Positions 24,900 through 37,589 of a stretch of DNA of 64,000 nucleotides are shown piece after piece. Source of the DNA: Lytechinus pictus (taxonomy: Eukaryota). Within the stretch, counting starts at the first letter, position 1, and each line of letters begins with the position of its first letter. Both the position numbers and the translations under genes were made by a program. The DNA is taken from contig NW_026974141.1 of assembly GCF_037042905.1 (NCBI RefSeq), forward strand, positions 248,001-312,000, in the 5' to 3' direction. The notes under the pieces are model-generated. The model made no database searches and was not told where the DNA came from. It saw only the letters and a list, made by a program, of their open reading frames with translations.

Positions 24900-27330
24900 G
24901 ATTTTTTTTTTATTGTTTCTGTATTTATTTAGACAAGTAAAACATACAGAGTAAAACATGGCAAAGGATTAAAAAAAATTGGTTTAAAAACCTGTACAAG
25001 TTGGTATCCCAATAAAATATAATAAAAAGCAGCATCAAGATAAAAAAAATAAAAAATAAACAATGTAAATTACTGTATACTATGATATAGATTACGCTTT
25101 TAGATTTATGTAACAACTAAAAATAATAAAAACGTGATTTGAGAGCAAAATGATAGAACAGACATAATGTTTTTGGGTTTTTTATGAGTTTTATTTGCAA
25201 TTCACATTTTAACAAAAATATCTCGGAAACAGATACATGATTATTTTACATTCATATAGATAAACACCATGCTAGGTTAAAGTAATATACAACAAATCTT
25301 ATTCAAAACAACAAAAAATAGATATATACCCTTTACTCTTTCATAGTAATTATATTCCTCTTTTTTCTGTGAAACTCCGAACGATTATGTTTAAAAGAAA
25401 TGTAGCGTTCTGTTTTTTCTAACTGTGTTGGAGTGCATACAAACGATTTAAAAAGAGGAATTGTTTTACTATATTTACATGAAAAAATGAAATATTTGCT
25501 GTATAGTATATTATGGTATTTACCAAATAAAAATGTTCTCTTTCCAATGTTCCAAAACAAATTTCTAAATTAGATAACTTATAAGAACGGATATTTTTTT
25601 AAGTCAACCAAGTACACAAATCGTTCCAAAAGTTCGAAACAAATTGGCATTCAAAAAATAGATGCATCAATGTTTGATTTTGTTCATTACAAAAATCACA
25701 TATGTCTTGAAAACAAATTCCGATTTTATATAAATAATGATTTGTCGATACTCTTCTGTGTATAAATTTAAATTGGAAATTCCTTAGTTTGTTATCTATT
25801 GACGATTTGTATGTCAGGGTAAAACGAGAATTCAAAATTTCATTATTTGATAATTGCAGTGAAAGGTCGTTTTCCCATTTGTAACGTTGATCTGTCTCTG
25901 ACACGTCCAAAGTATAATTATTTATAAAATGAGAATAACGTAGTTTAGAAACTTTTTTGTGTTTAAGGAAATTACGTAATCGATCGTCGTGTGGTTCAAA
26001 AGGTGTATTATGTTTTATGTATTTGTTTCTAATAAATCTTTTCCATTAATTTGGTATGGCATATAATAATGAATTATACATCATGATGGATGTGTAACCG
26101 TAGTTTTCAACTATAACTTCAAAACATTTTAAAGTCCATCTTCTGTTAGAAAATCGTAAATAGTGTTTAAAGAAGATTCGGACCATCTTTGAATATAAAG
26201 AGGTTTTCCATTGACTAAAATATGTGAATTGAACCACAGAGGTTGCGACAGTATTTCCTTAAACTTAACAGGATTATAGTATCTGTAATATGACCATGAA
26301 CTCAATACATCATTCCAAAAAGTTTCGGTACATGAATTGAATTATAATTATGTGACTTTTGCTAATATTCCAAATCGTAAATTTGCTCTCACCAATAAAA
26401 CGAACAGATTCTTTAAAAAAACACTTCCATTTCCCATTGTTATCATCATCTAATAACCCTTTCATAAACCCAATTATGCGGCTAATAGCAGCATAATTTG
26501 GTCGTAAAATCGGAGGAGGACCAGAGTTATCCGCATTATTTTGATGCTGCAATTATCCGCATAATAGCGGCACCGGGATCAGATTTTGACTTTATGAACG
26601 CATTTCCAAATAATGCGGATAATTGCCATGGTGCGGTCACAAGGTCACCCTTTTCCAACACAACCGCATCGGAGGGGGCGTGTGCAGTTGTCATGACGAT
26701 TATCCGCCTTTTTCAGGACGGGCGCTCGTAAAAATAGTGCGGATTATTTTCGGAGTTTGTGAACGCATTTTTTATTGAATTATCCGCATTACTCTTAGGC
26801 GGCTAATTGGAGGATGGGTTTATGAAAGGGGTATAAAAATCTTCTGACCCATGATACTGTAAGTGCTTGATTAAAACATGACAAATGTAACATTTTGAGA
26901 CCAACATCTTTGTAGTCATTGTTTAAAAGAGAACGATTAATTTTATCACCTTTTTTAATTAAATTATTAAATTACATTAAATAATAGCCGTTGCATTTCG
27001 ATTAAGAAGGTCGGTGGTGGGTCTGAAATAATGCTTTAAAGATATATTACTTTTGGAATGACCAATGTTTTTATTACTACTATCTTTCCATACAATGTAA
27101 GAGATCTACCATTCCAAATGTTTAACAGAGATTTGATCTCATCCAGTTTTGGTATAAAGTTTAAATTAAAAAAAGTATGTTTATCGCTCAATGGGATTTT
27201 TATGCCTAAATAAGAAAAATAATCTACGGGCCATTGAAAAGGAATGTCTTGACATGAATACATCGTACAATTCCCAAGTTGAATAACATTTCACTTTTCA
27301 ACATTGACTTTCAATCCAGACATAATGTTA
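24900..27330 (-). mobile_element. Decayed, 5'-truncated L1/Tx1-clade LINE (late RT region and zf-RVT)
   Basis: Fragments YLGIKIP...WNGRSLTLYGKIVVIKTLVIPKVIYL and KLRNFQFKFIHR...CDFC...HLFFEC...FW, with multiple stops and frameshifts. An A-rich tail is at ~24900-24912. Confidence 0.85.
26454..26833. mobile_element. PIF/Harbinger (Tourist-like) MITE inserted in the Tx1-type LINE
   Basis: TIRs TAACCCTTTCATAAACCCA / TGGGTTTATGAAAGGGGTA, with TAA duplicated at 26451-26453 and 26834-26836. Removal restores the LINE frame WVRRFLDDD. Confidence 0.85.
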
Positions 27331-28019
27331 CATGTATGTTAAAGTGAAGAACCTTTTACCAGCAATTATTTTGTGAGGATGCTGAATTCACAGAATAAAC
27401 AAACAAAAAGCTCACCATCCGCTTATGGAATTCATTTTGAAATAATTTTACAAATCTTTGATTCTCACTGTAATTGGTTTACACTTTACCTCGTTAAACT
27501 ATCGAGTTAAAGCAATTCTCTATAATGGGTAGAATTGTATGTGGGATGTTTGTCTGTTTGTACAGTCGTGTGTATGTGCGCGAGGGTGAGGATGAGAGTA
27601 GTGATGTGGGGGTGTCTACGCGTGTGCGGTTGAATGTATACGTGCGTTTATAAAGATGTCATTATTTTCCTATAAATAATTTTCTGCTCTTAACAATCTT
27701 GTTTTTCCTAAATTCTGATGGCAAGGTCTATGGATGACTAAAATTCATCTTTGAGCTGTATAATTTATATATATCTTAGATATATAATTTTCCACAACTC
27801 ATCGACACTCTGTTCACCCATGCACCTACATGTATATCACCCAATTATAAATATGTATGATACTTTTCTTTTATTTTGATGGAGTAATACTTTATATAAA
27901 TGATTTAGACTGCCAATCCTTTCTTTTGCATTATTTAGGTTCACCGAGGTTAACTAATTAATCTCTTTAATAACTGTTCTCACCCTGTTCCAATGTATAA
28001 CATAATGGTAATGACTTTC

Positions 28020-28125
28020 ATACATGGTCGCTGGTACGCATGCATGCAGAAGCCAGAAGGTCCTATTTTTAAACAAGTCTTTGGTATGAACAGACCGGGA
28101 ATCGAACCCACGACCTCTGTTCATA
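28020..28125 (-). mobile_element. tRNA-derived SINE fragment
   Basis: Minus strand has B-box GGTTCGATTCC, then CCAAAGACTTGTTTAAAAATAGGACCTTCTGG. Related to 5788-5895. Confidence 0.65.
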
Positions 28126-28188
28126 AATTAGCATGAGTCACCCGGTCACCTCACCATTATCACTTATCATTTTGGCAGAATAGCCCTA

Positions 28189-28357
28189 CACTGTAAAAAA
28201 ATGAAGTGCTAATTTAGCACTTACAGTGATTGTATAGTGACTGCATTACGAGTAATGATTTTCTATAGTACAAATTTAAACTAGAAAATCAACACTCGTA
28301 GTGCAGTCACTATACAAGCACTGTAAGTGCTAAATTAGCACTTCATTTCTTACAGTG
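28189..28357. mobile_element. Near-perfect palindromic MITE, CACTG termini, TA duplication
   Basis: TA|CACTGTAAAAAAATGAAGTGCTAATTTAGCACTTACAGTG... pairs end to end with ...CACTGTAAGTGCTAAATTAGCACTTCATTTCTTACAGTG|TA. Confidence 0.88.
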
Positions 28358-28845
28358 TATCCATGATGTAAGAGGGTAGAATAGTTTTGTATAAAACTGT
28401 ACGTAAAATAATCACGTGATTTCTGAAATATTGCGAGGAAACAAATTGAACGACTCAACATAAAGAGTACTGTTAGGTATCTTATAATTCTCATAAATTT
28501 CATACCCAAGCTTTATATTACTGTGTGATCTTCTTTAGTAAATACGTGTAGATAGCAGGCCTATACTAGCCAATTTTTTTAGTAAAACAAGCTCCTTTCA
28601 AACAGCCGGATACTCAGTAGTAGAGAAAACCCAATATAGACTTCAATATAAAAGATGAATGAGATTATGAAACAAAAAAGATACTTTTTTTAGGTGGCAG
28701 GAAAGTTATTTGAAAAATATGTGAAATTGTTTGAAAACTACATGATATGGCATTGGCCTTTTACTTTAAGAGAAGTTGGAGCTTATATCCCATCTTCTGG
28801 TTAAAAAACAACAACAACATAATACTTAATCAAATTGACTAACAT

Positions 28846-29408
28846 TTAGGAAAGATTACAAAGAAAATGAAATTCATTAATCTTTGGGACTTCACTAGCC
28901 GACTTTACGACAAGACCTTTCCCCAATAGGAATTCCTCAATGCGATCTTTTCCCCAGACTGTCCCTAGTCCGTAGGTGTCTTGAGGCAAATAAGCCTGTG
29001 GCAGGCAGTAGAATGTGCTGATTGTGGAAACCATCGCTGCTGCAGCGTTCCCAACATTTTCAGCGACTTTCGATTTGAAGTTTAACTCAATAACAGAGAG
29101 AAGCCCGTCTCGCTTCATCACCCGTTTGGCATCATCGATCACCAAATCGGGTCTCGGAATGTCGTGAAGCACGTTGAAGAAAAAGATGTAATCAAAGGTC
29201 GCCTCCCAATCGCTTGGCATTGCGGAAGCGTCGACGCAATGGTACGACACGTTCTTCAGTCCTAGGTGAGACGCTTCTTCCTTGGCCGTATCTACGTTGG
29301 TCTGTCCGATGTCAATACCTACGAATTGGCTCTTGGGGAACTTCTGAGCTAGCAGTCGGGTTGCTATTCCAGCACCGCATCCTACATCCATCATTCGAAT
29401 TCCACTTT
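28846..29408 (-). CDS. Rv2258c-like SAM-dependent methyltransferase, exon 4 (last; catalytic Rossmann domain)
   Basis: Acceptor TTGCAG at 29409-29414, phase 1. Contains motif I MDVGCGAG, FVGID, FDYIFFFNVLHD and the stop at 28846-28848. Confidence 0.92.
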
Positions 29409-30167
29409 CTGCAATCACGAACGAGGGGAGATCATTTGTAAGATATCCAGGTTTGTCTAAATGATGTATTCTATCATATGCATTGAAAAAATCCTTAGTC
29501 TATCAAATATTATTAGTGTTTTCGTTAATGAATTCAAAGAAGATTTACATTGTCATTAACTTTACGAAGACATTCTTTGCTGGAAGCAGTAGCGTAATTA
29601 ACAAAACTTTGGGGTTGCCAGACATGGCGTATATGGAACAACATTATAGAAATGTTGTTCCATACGCCAGGCGAAGCCTTTTTAATTAAAAAATATAATT
29701 TTGTTATAGATTTTGACATACGATTCAGACAGTGATATAATATTCCACCCATCCTTTTGCTTTTCTCTCATTTTTCATCACTTTTTTTTATTTGTGGGGA
29801 GGGGATGGGGACCATGTGCTCTAAGGCCCCATCTGTACACCAGTGCCTGGATACTGGATGAAAGTGATATTATAAATTGAAAAAACAAATCAATTTTTGG
29901 CAAGATTTATTTTCAAAGTGGCTACACAGCATAAACTTCGGTGTTAATTTGACACCGGTCCAATACTTAAGAGATTTTGAAACTTCACCATCTTGGTTTC
30001 TGGCTAAAATAGAATAGGTGACAATGAAGAAAACGCGAAGGGAGAAATCGTACAGCGAGGCTATCGCTTCAGATGCCCCGAGCAGCCCGCGCCAAGGCAA
30101 TGAGGCCAAGCCTAGCCCTGCTAATACAGCTGACTTAATAGTCGGGTAGATATGATCGAAATTATTG

Positions 30168-33100
30168 CACGACCGTCAAGTTGGGTATATACGCATTTTT
30201 TTTTACTGATAGTTGTAGGTATAGGGTGTCTACTTTAAGAATCCGACGAGTGCCACTTGGGCACCCTTGGGCATATTTTAAATTGACGTCATAGGCCATG
30301 CCCACTTTTTTACATACCTCTTATATATGACTTTCATATTTTACGAAAATGTTTGGTATCAAATTAAAGCTAATGAAAGATCAAATGCGTTTAACTCACA
30401 TTCTTGTCAGTTAAAGGTCATTTAAGGTCATAAAAGGTCAAATTGCATTACAAATGTAAGTAATACATATCAGGCGAAAGATATCATGTTTCAAATACAA
30501 ATAAGTTGGGAATTATGTGCATTTTGTGCTGAAAGTTAAGTTGAGGGTGCACATATTAAGAATCCGATGGGTGCGACCTTGGCATCTTGAGGAATTTTAT
30601 TTATGTGACGGCATTAACCACACAAACTTTCTTACATTCCCCCGGAATTACTACTTTTCTTTTGAGCGGAATAAACATATATGTGATATCAAATTAGTAC
30701 AAATGCAAAATCAAATCCACATATCTGAATCACAAGGCATTTAGAACGCATTCAGGGCAATTAAAGGTCATTTAAGGCCATGAAAGGTCAAATTAGGTAA
30801 CACATTTAAGCATTGCAACATATAATGCGGACTCATGGATGAAATACAAACAAATTGGGTATCATATCTATCTTGGGCTTTAGGTTACATGTATGTTGAG
30901 GATGTGTATTTTAAGAATCTGACAGGTGATACTTTGGTACCCTTGGGGCAACGTCATTTTCTGACGTCATAAACCACGCCATCCTTTTCACATAGGACAA
31001 CCTCTTAATTATGACTTACCTCTGATCTAGTGTATGGAATAAACGTATCATGTTTGGTATCAAATTTATGGAAAATGGATTGTACTATTATACAAAAATA
31101 AAACACACTGTGTCATTAACAAGTACGGCTAGGCCTAATGTCCTGTTCCACGTTATATCAGTTAACTTCTGAAGATGTCATGGGAGTAGAAGCATATATA
31201 ATTTTTCTCTGACGACACTGATATTTCTGTTTTACCAGACTGTTCTCCTGTTTGGGTTTACAAGTCTTCTGCATACTAATGAAAAGGTAATCGATATGTA
31301 TGGTATTGAAACTAGGAGAAACAAGCTGGCTGTGCACAGACAATTCCTTTCATTAGGTTGGGATACCATGTTGTGTTAATTTGGCAAGGGAAATACTTTC
31401 ACTCTGAACTTACTGCTTACTCTACAGAGTCTGATGTAGAAAAAGTGGACAGGAATCAGAATCTTTCTTAACTAATAATAAATGTAAAGATTAAGAGCCT
31501 ACCCCAACTCCAAGTCAGAAAAATGTGCTCTTCTCCAGGATCTTAATCAGGAGAAAATCTTATCCGAAAGACTCCCCTGCAACTAACCTTTCATGTATGG
31601 ATGGGAAATATAAGTTAGGAGGGCATTCCTGTACCTGTTCTTAGCACAGTGGATACTCCCATCATGGAATTGTAAGAACTTGTTCCATGTGGATTGATAT
31701 ATCAGGGCCACCATACATATTCTACGGCTAGCGTTTTTCACTTTGGTGTATCGTATTGTGCCATTCTAAACACAAGAATAACTTAACATGCAATCGAGAT
31801 TGAAGAGGGGCAAATCAGTCTGGAAGAGGATTATAAAGCAAGTTCAGAGTGGAAGTCTTTCCCTTGCCAGATTGACACAATATGGTATCCAACCTAATAT
31901 ATTGTCTGTGCACAGCCAGCTTTTTTCTCCTAGTTTCAATACCATAACTTTAATATCGATCACTTTTTCATCAGTATGCAAGAGACTTGTAAACCCTAAA
32001 AGGAGAACAGTCTGGTAGAACACAAATGTCAATGTTGTCAGAGAAAAATGATGTATGCTCTACTCCCATGATATCTTCAGAAGATAACTGATACGTGGAA
32101 CAGGACATAAGGCCTACCCGTACTTGTTCATGACACAGAGGATGCTCCTCTTGCAGATGCAAGTCAGTGTCACCCTGTTCTATGAGGCTTAATGCAGTTG
32201 CTGTCCAGCCGTCGAATCTTGTATTTCATAATTCATACTGCAAGTGTGAAACGAACATGACGAAGTATACAGCTAAGGCAGAGACATGCAGTCGAGATTG
32301 TTGAGGAATTTACACTTTTTTTAAGTACTTATAAACTCCCGCCTTCATTAGACCCTTCATGAGCTAAAATTACCTAAAGGTGACCTTGGCATGTGATTTA
32401 TTTTTGTATAAATGTACACTCCATTTTTCCATAAGCTTTGATTTGATACCAAACATGATATGTTTATTCCGTACACTAGAAAAGAGATAATAACTGCAAA
32501 TCATAATTAAGAGGTTGACCTACATGAAAAGGATGGTGTGGTCTATGACGTCAGAAAATGACGTTGCCCCAAGGGTACCAAGGTTGCCCCTGTCAGATTC
32601 TAAATATACACATCCTCAACATAATTATCAGCCAAAAATATATTTAATGCTCAATTTGTTTGTATTCCAAACATGAGATAGTCCGCATTATATGTTGCAT
32701 TGCTTACATTTGTGACCTACGTGTATCTTGACCTTTTTTTTAACCTTAAATGACCTTTAATCGGTCTGAACGCAATATAAATGCCTTGTGGTTCATATTT
32801 GTGGATTTGATTTTGCATTTTCTATAATTTGATATCAAACATGATACGTTTATTCCGCTCAATAGAAAATTAACAATTAAGAGGAATGTATGAAAGTTTG
32901 TGTGGTTTATGACGTCACATAAATAAAATTCCTCAAGATGCCATGGTCGCACCCATCGGATTCTTAATATGCGCACCCTCAACTTAAAAACATGATATTT
33001 CTCGCCATATATGTATTACTTACATTTGTAATGCAATTTGACCTTTTATGACCTTAAATGACCTTTAACTGACAAAAATGTGAGTTGAATGCCCAGTGAT

Positions 33101-33345
33101 CCATACATTTGCATTTGATTTTTCATTAGCTTTAATTTGATACCAAACATGACATGTTTATTGCGTAAACTATGAAAGTCATATAAAAGAGGTATGTAAA
33201 AAAGTTGGCGTGGCCTATGACGTCAATTCAAAATATGCCCAAGGGTGCCCAAGTGGCACCCGTCGGATTCTTGAAGTAAACACCCTACACCACAACTTTC
33301 AGCAAAAAAATTGCATATACATGTATACCGAACTTGACGGTCATG
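30168..33345. mobile_element. Foldback-type non-autonomous DNA transposon with ~1.2-1.5 kb inverted arms (probably CMC/EnSpm type)
   Basis: Termini CACGACCGTCAAGTT / AACTTGACGGTCATG, flanked by TTG on both sides. Arms 30168-~31412 and ~31840-33345 are recognisable reverse complements throughout. Each arm holds three ~320-355-bp internal modules. Confidence 0.85.
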
Positions 33346-33659
33346 TTGTGGTTCTACAAATCGCTTAATGTCTCTTTTATCATTCTTTTCGTTCTTTGTT
33401 TTTAACTTGTGTCTCATTGTATATTTATTATGTCATCATGTGCCCTTGCACTTGTTTCCTTCTATGTACTATGTACATACCTTTATATATTCATCACGTA
33501 GGTGTTAATGTGTATGTGTGTGTGAGGGTGTATGTGAATATGTGTAATGGTTGTCCTCAGATTTCCTTGTTTCATCTATCCTTGTTGATATTTTATATTT
33601 GTATGGTCTGTGACGGATTTGGTTTAAAAACTGTTGTGGTATATTGTTTACTTGTTGAA

Positions 33660-36600
33660 ATCTCTCATCATAGATGACGGTTCTAATATTTCAGAACCAG
33701 TTATTAATGAGTGTAAATACATAAACTGTGAGGATTTCCAATGTATTGGTGAAAACTTTTCTGTTATGCATATTAATTTGAGAAGTCTCTTTAAATTTTT
33801 TGAAGATTTAGCATTCCCGTGTAGCTTTGTTTGATATTCCTGGATATTCACTTGTTCAAGTATGTCGATCAAATAAAAAAAGGTGGTGGTGTAGCATGTT
33901 ATGTCAGAGAGGGGCTTGATTACAAATTACGTAATGATTTATCAACGGCAAATACTTACTATGAGTCTGTATTTATTGAATTGAATAATGCAAACAAAAA
34001 GTCAATTGTTGGTTGTGTGTATAGAGCCCCTGGTAATGATCTTCGATCATTTACTGATGACTTTGACCAAGAAATGCAAATATTGAGTAAAGAAAATAAA
34101 GACATTTATATTATGGGTGATTTTAACATTAACTTGTTAAATGTGGATACAGATGAAAAAGTTAGATATTTTAATAATTTCATGTAGTCATTTGGCTTGT
34201 TTTCCCTAATCACTAAACCTACACGCATAACATCATCTTCAGCAACCTTAATTGATAATATATTTACTAATTCTGTTCAATATCAATTCTATTCTGGAAT
34301 ATTTTGTCCTGATTTTTCTGATCATATGCCGATTTGTAGCATTAACAAAGGCAATGCCATTATTTCTAGTAAAGCAAATAGAAAAGTGTTTAAACGTGTA
34401 ATTACTGATGTAAGAATGAATAACTTTAGACAAGATTTACATAACACAGATTGGTCTACTTTGTATGATTTGTTTGACGCTAATGTGTCATTTAACCATT
34501 TTAGTGATCTTTTTTCTAAGTTATATAATGAACATTTCCCTTTAATTGAATGCTTTTTTAAAGTTATATAATGAACATTTCCCTTTGATTGAATGTAGTG
34601 GTAAGAATAAATGCAGGAAACCATGGATCACTCCAGTTCTTCTAAAATCCATTCATGAAAAACATAAGCTTTATTATGCATATACAAAAATAAAAGTGAG
34701 ATTAATCGGAAAAAGTATATTGATTACAAAAATATATTGACAAATCTTGTTCGTCAAAGTAAGAAGAATTATTATGATAACGTTTTTCGAACAAATCAAA
34801 ATGATATGAGAAAGACTTGGTCACATATCAATTAATTGCTGGGGAGGGAGAAGAAAATGCCACTCCCAAATGACATGTATCAACACGAATTATTGTTAAA
34901 TTCGGATTTACATAAAGCAGAGTATTTCAATAAATATTTTATTGATCTACCTTCTAAAATAAGCAAGGAAATTCCTCCTGTCCAAACATCATACAAAGTT
35001 TTTATGTCCGTCCAAAATCACTCCTCATCCTTGTATTTTCGACCAACATCTGTTCGTGAAATTTCTGATTTGGTTTCGACTTTAAAACCATCGAAGGCAT
35101 GTGGGTCAGATGATATTTCTCCCAAGGTAATAAAAAGTTGTATTCAATGCATTGTTGATCCCTTATGCAATATTTTTAAATAGTCCTTGTTTCAGGGTAT
35201 TGTCCCTGACAAACTGAAAATAGCTAAAGTAGTCCCAGTATTTAAAAAGAATGATCGTAAATGCATTGAAAATTACAGACCTATTGCGTTGTTACCCATA
35301 TTCTAAAAAATTCTTGAGAAAATAGTGTACAAAAGATTGGATGATTTCCTTCAACTTCATAATATCATGATACCACAACAATTTGGCTTTCGAAAGAATT
35401 GCTCCACAAGTATGGGTGTTTTTAATACATACCATTTTAATAAATACCATTATAAGTGCAATTGATAGTGGAAATTTTTGTATTGGTGTGTTTCTAGATC
35501 TATCGAAGACATATGATACTATCGATCATGATATATTATTGTTCAAGCTTGAGCATTATGGTGTTCGTGGGGCAGCCTTAAAGGGATGGCTAAATATATA
35601 TATATCTTAATACATAGAGTTGAATTCACTGAGCAAAATGCCGAAAATTTCATCAAAATCGGATAACAAATAGTAAAGTTATTGAAGTTTAAAGTTTAGC
35701 AATATTTTGTGAAAACAGTCGTCATGAATATTCATTAGGTGGGCTGATGATGTCACATCCCCATTTTCCGTTTTATTATGTTATCACATAAAATCATATT
35801 TTTTCATTATATCATACTTGTGTGAATAATATGTCTCCCTTATAATGAAATAAGTTGCAGCAACAAATACCTAATGCACTTAATCAGTTGTCAATCCAAT
35901 TTTTCTAGTTTTTGGAGGAAAAAAATGAATAAACCTAATTTCATATAATAAAATACAAAAAAACAAGTGGAGATGTGACATCATCAGCCCACCTAATGAA
36001 TATTCATGACGACTGTTTTCACAAAATATTGCTAAACTTTAAAATTCAATAACTTTGTTATTTGTTATCTGATTTTGATGAAATTTTCGGCATTTTGCTC
36101 ATTGAATTATATTCTATTTTATAAGCTATAAATACTTTAAGCCCGGACCATCCCTTTAAGTTGGTTTAAAAGTTAATTAAGGAATAGATGTCAGTATGTA
36201 ATGATTAATGGAGTTAAATCACAATCTAAGGAGGTTAAATGTGGTGTACCCCATGGCTCGGTTCTGGGTCCATTATTGTTCTTGATTTATATTAATGCCA
36301 TTATAAATTCATCAAAATTGTTTACTTATTCACTATTCGCGGATGATACTTGCTTACTTTCCCATCTCAAAGATATGCATACTCTTATATTCTCAACTAA
36401 CAATGAAATTAAAAGTATATTTAAATGGTTTTGCTGTAACAAGCTTTTATTAAATGCTAGTAAAACTCAATATGTTGTCTTTAGAACAAGGGGTAAAAGA
36501 GTCCCTAAAGATACTTATCCATTATCAATAGGAGGCCATCAGATCAATCGAAGTCAAGATGTAAGGTTTCTGGGAGTTGTAGTTGATGATCATTTATCAT

Positions 36601-37406
36601 GGAAAAATCACCTCAGTTATGTTTGTACTAAGGTATCAAGGAGTGTTGGTGTCATTTATAAGTTACGTTCCTCTCTACCACAGCAGACCTTAGTAACTCT
36701 TTACAATGCTATTATTATGCCACACTTAAATTATTGTAATGTTGCATGGGGAAATACATATTGGAACCATTTAAACAAACTGCTAATTTTTCAGAAGAAA
36801 GTTATGAGGCTCATAACATATTAGAATTACAGATGTCCAAGTATTACTTTTATTTCTGCAATTGAAGATTTTGCCTCTTGATGATTTAGTCTCCTTAAAT
36901 TGTTTGATATTTATGTACAAATCACAATCCTCGAAAAAATGTTCATTTTTAAAAGATGCATTTGTTGTTAACTCGAATGTCCATTTGTACAATACACGGC
37001 AGAAAAATCTTATCCACCAATCACTTACAAGAACAAATACTGCTTTGAATTCTTTTGTGATAGTTTGTATCAAAGAATGGAATAAGTTACCACAAAGTTT
37101 TAGATCCAGTCCAACACTGCCCATATTTAAAAATTCATGTCGAAAATATTTTTTTGAAAGATTAAAATATCTTAAATTGAATCTTGATAAACCATACGTG
37201 TGCGTGTGTGTGTGTGTATTTTTGTATGTATTTTATTTACTCTCTAGATTATCATTGTATATATTTTTCATCTCATTTTTGCTGTAATGTTCTGTATAAG
37301 GGGCCTGCTTCTATGTGGTCCCAAACCTATCATGTATTCTCATTTTTTGTTAAACTGAGTAATATGTCTCTTGTTTTTGATTGGTTTAAATAAACTTGAA
37401 CTTGAA
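33660..37406 (+). mobile_element. Decayed CR1/L2-group LINE (APE endonuclease + RT) in methyltransferase intron 3, antisense to the gene
   Basis: HINLRSL, GGGVACY, YRAPG, MGDFN, TLIDNIF and SDH (APE). FLDLSKTYD, GVPHGSVLGPLLFLIYIN and FADD (RT). Many stops and frameshifts, including a 43-bp tandem duplication at 34518-34595. Tail AATAAA(CTTGAA)2. Confidence 0.92.
35582..36155. mobile_element. TTAA-target palindromic MITE inserted in the LINE RT region
   Basis: TTAA|AGGGATGG ... CCATCCCT|TTAA, with long internal inverted arms. Removal restores the frame GVRGAALSWFKS. Confidence 0.9.
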
Positions 37407-37589
37407 GAACACGAGTGAAATTACATATTAATCATTTTCATTCTAAAGTAGTGGAGTGAAGATCGGTTTTTTTTTTTCTTTTGCAGGGTACGTATATGAG
37501 CATTGGAGCGTAGTCCACATTTGAAAATAGGTTATTCTTTTTCAATCAAATAATGAGTGTAGTACTTGCTTCATATTTACACATTTTAA

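Noticed and set aside
30517-32982. Matching small ORFs 30517-30744 (+) and 32746-32982 (-) as a gene pair
   Set aside because: They are mirror images from the foldback's sub-terminal modules, with non-ATG starts and no coding features.
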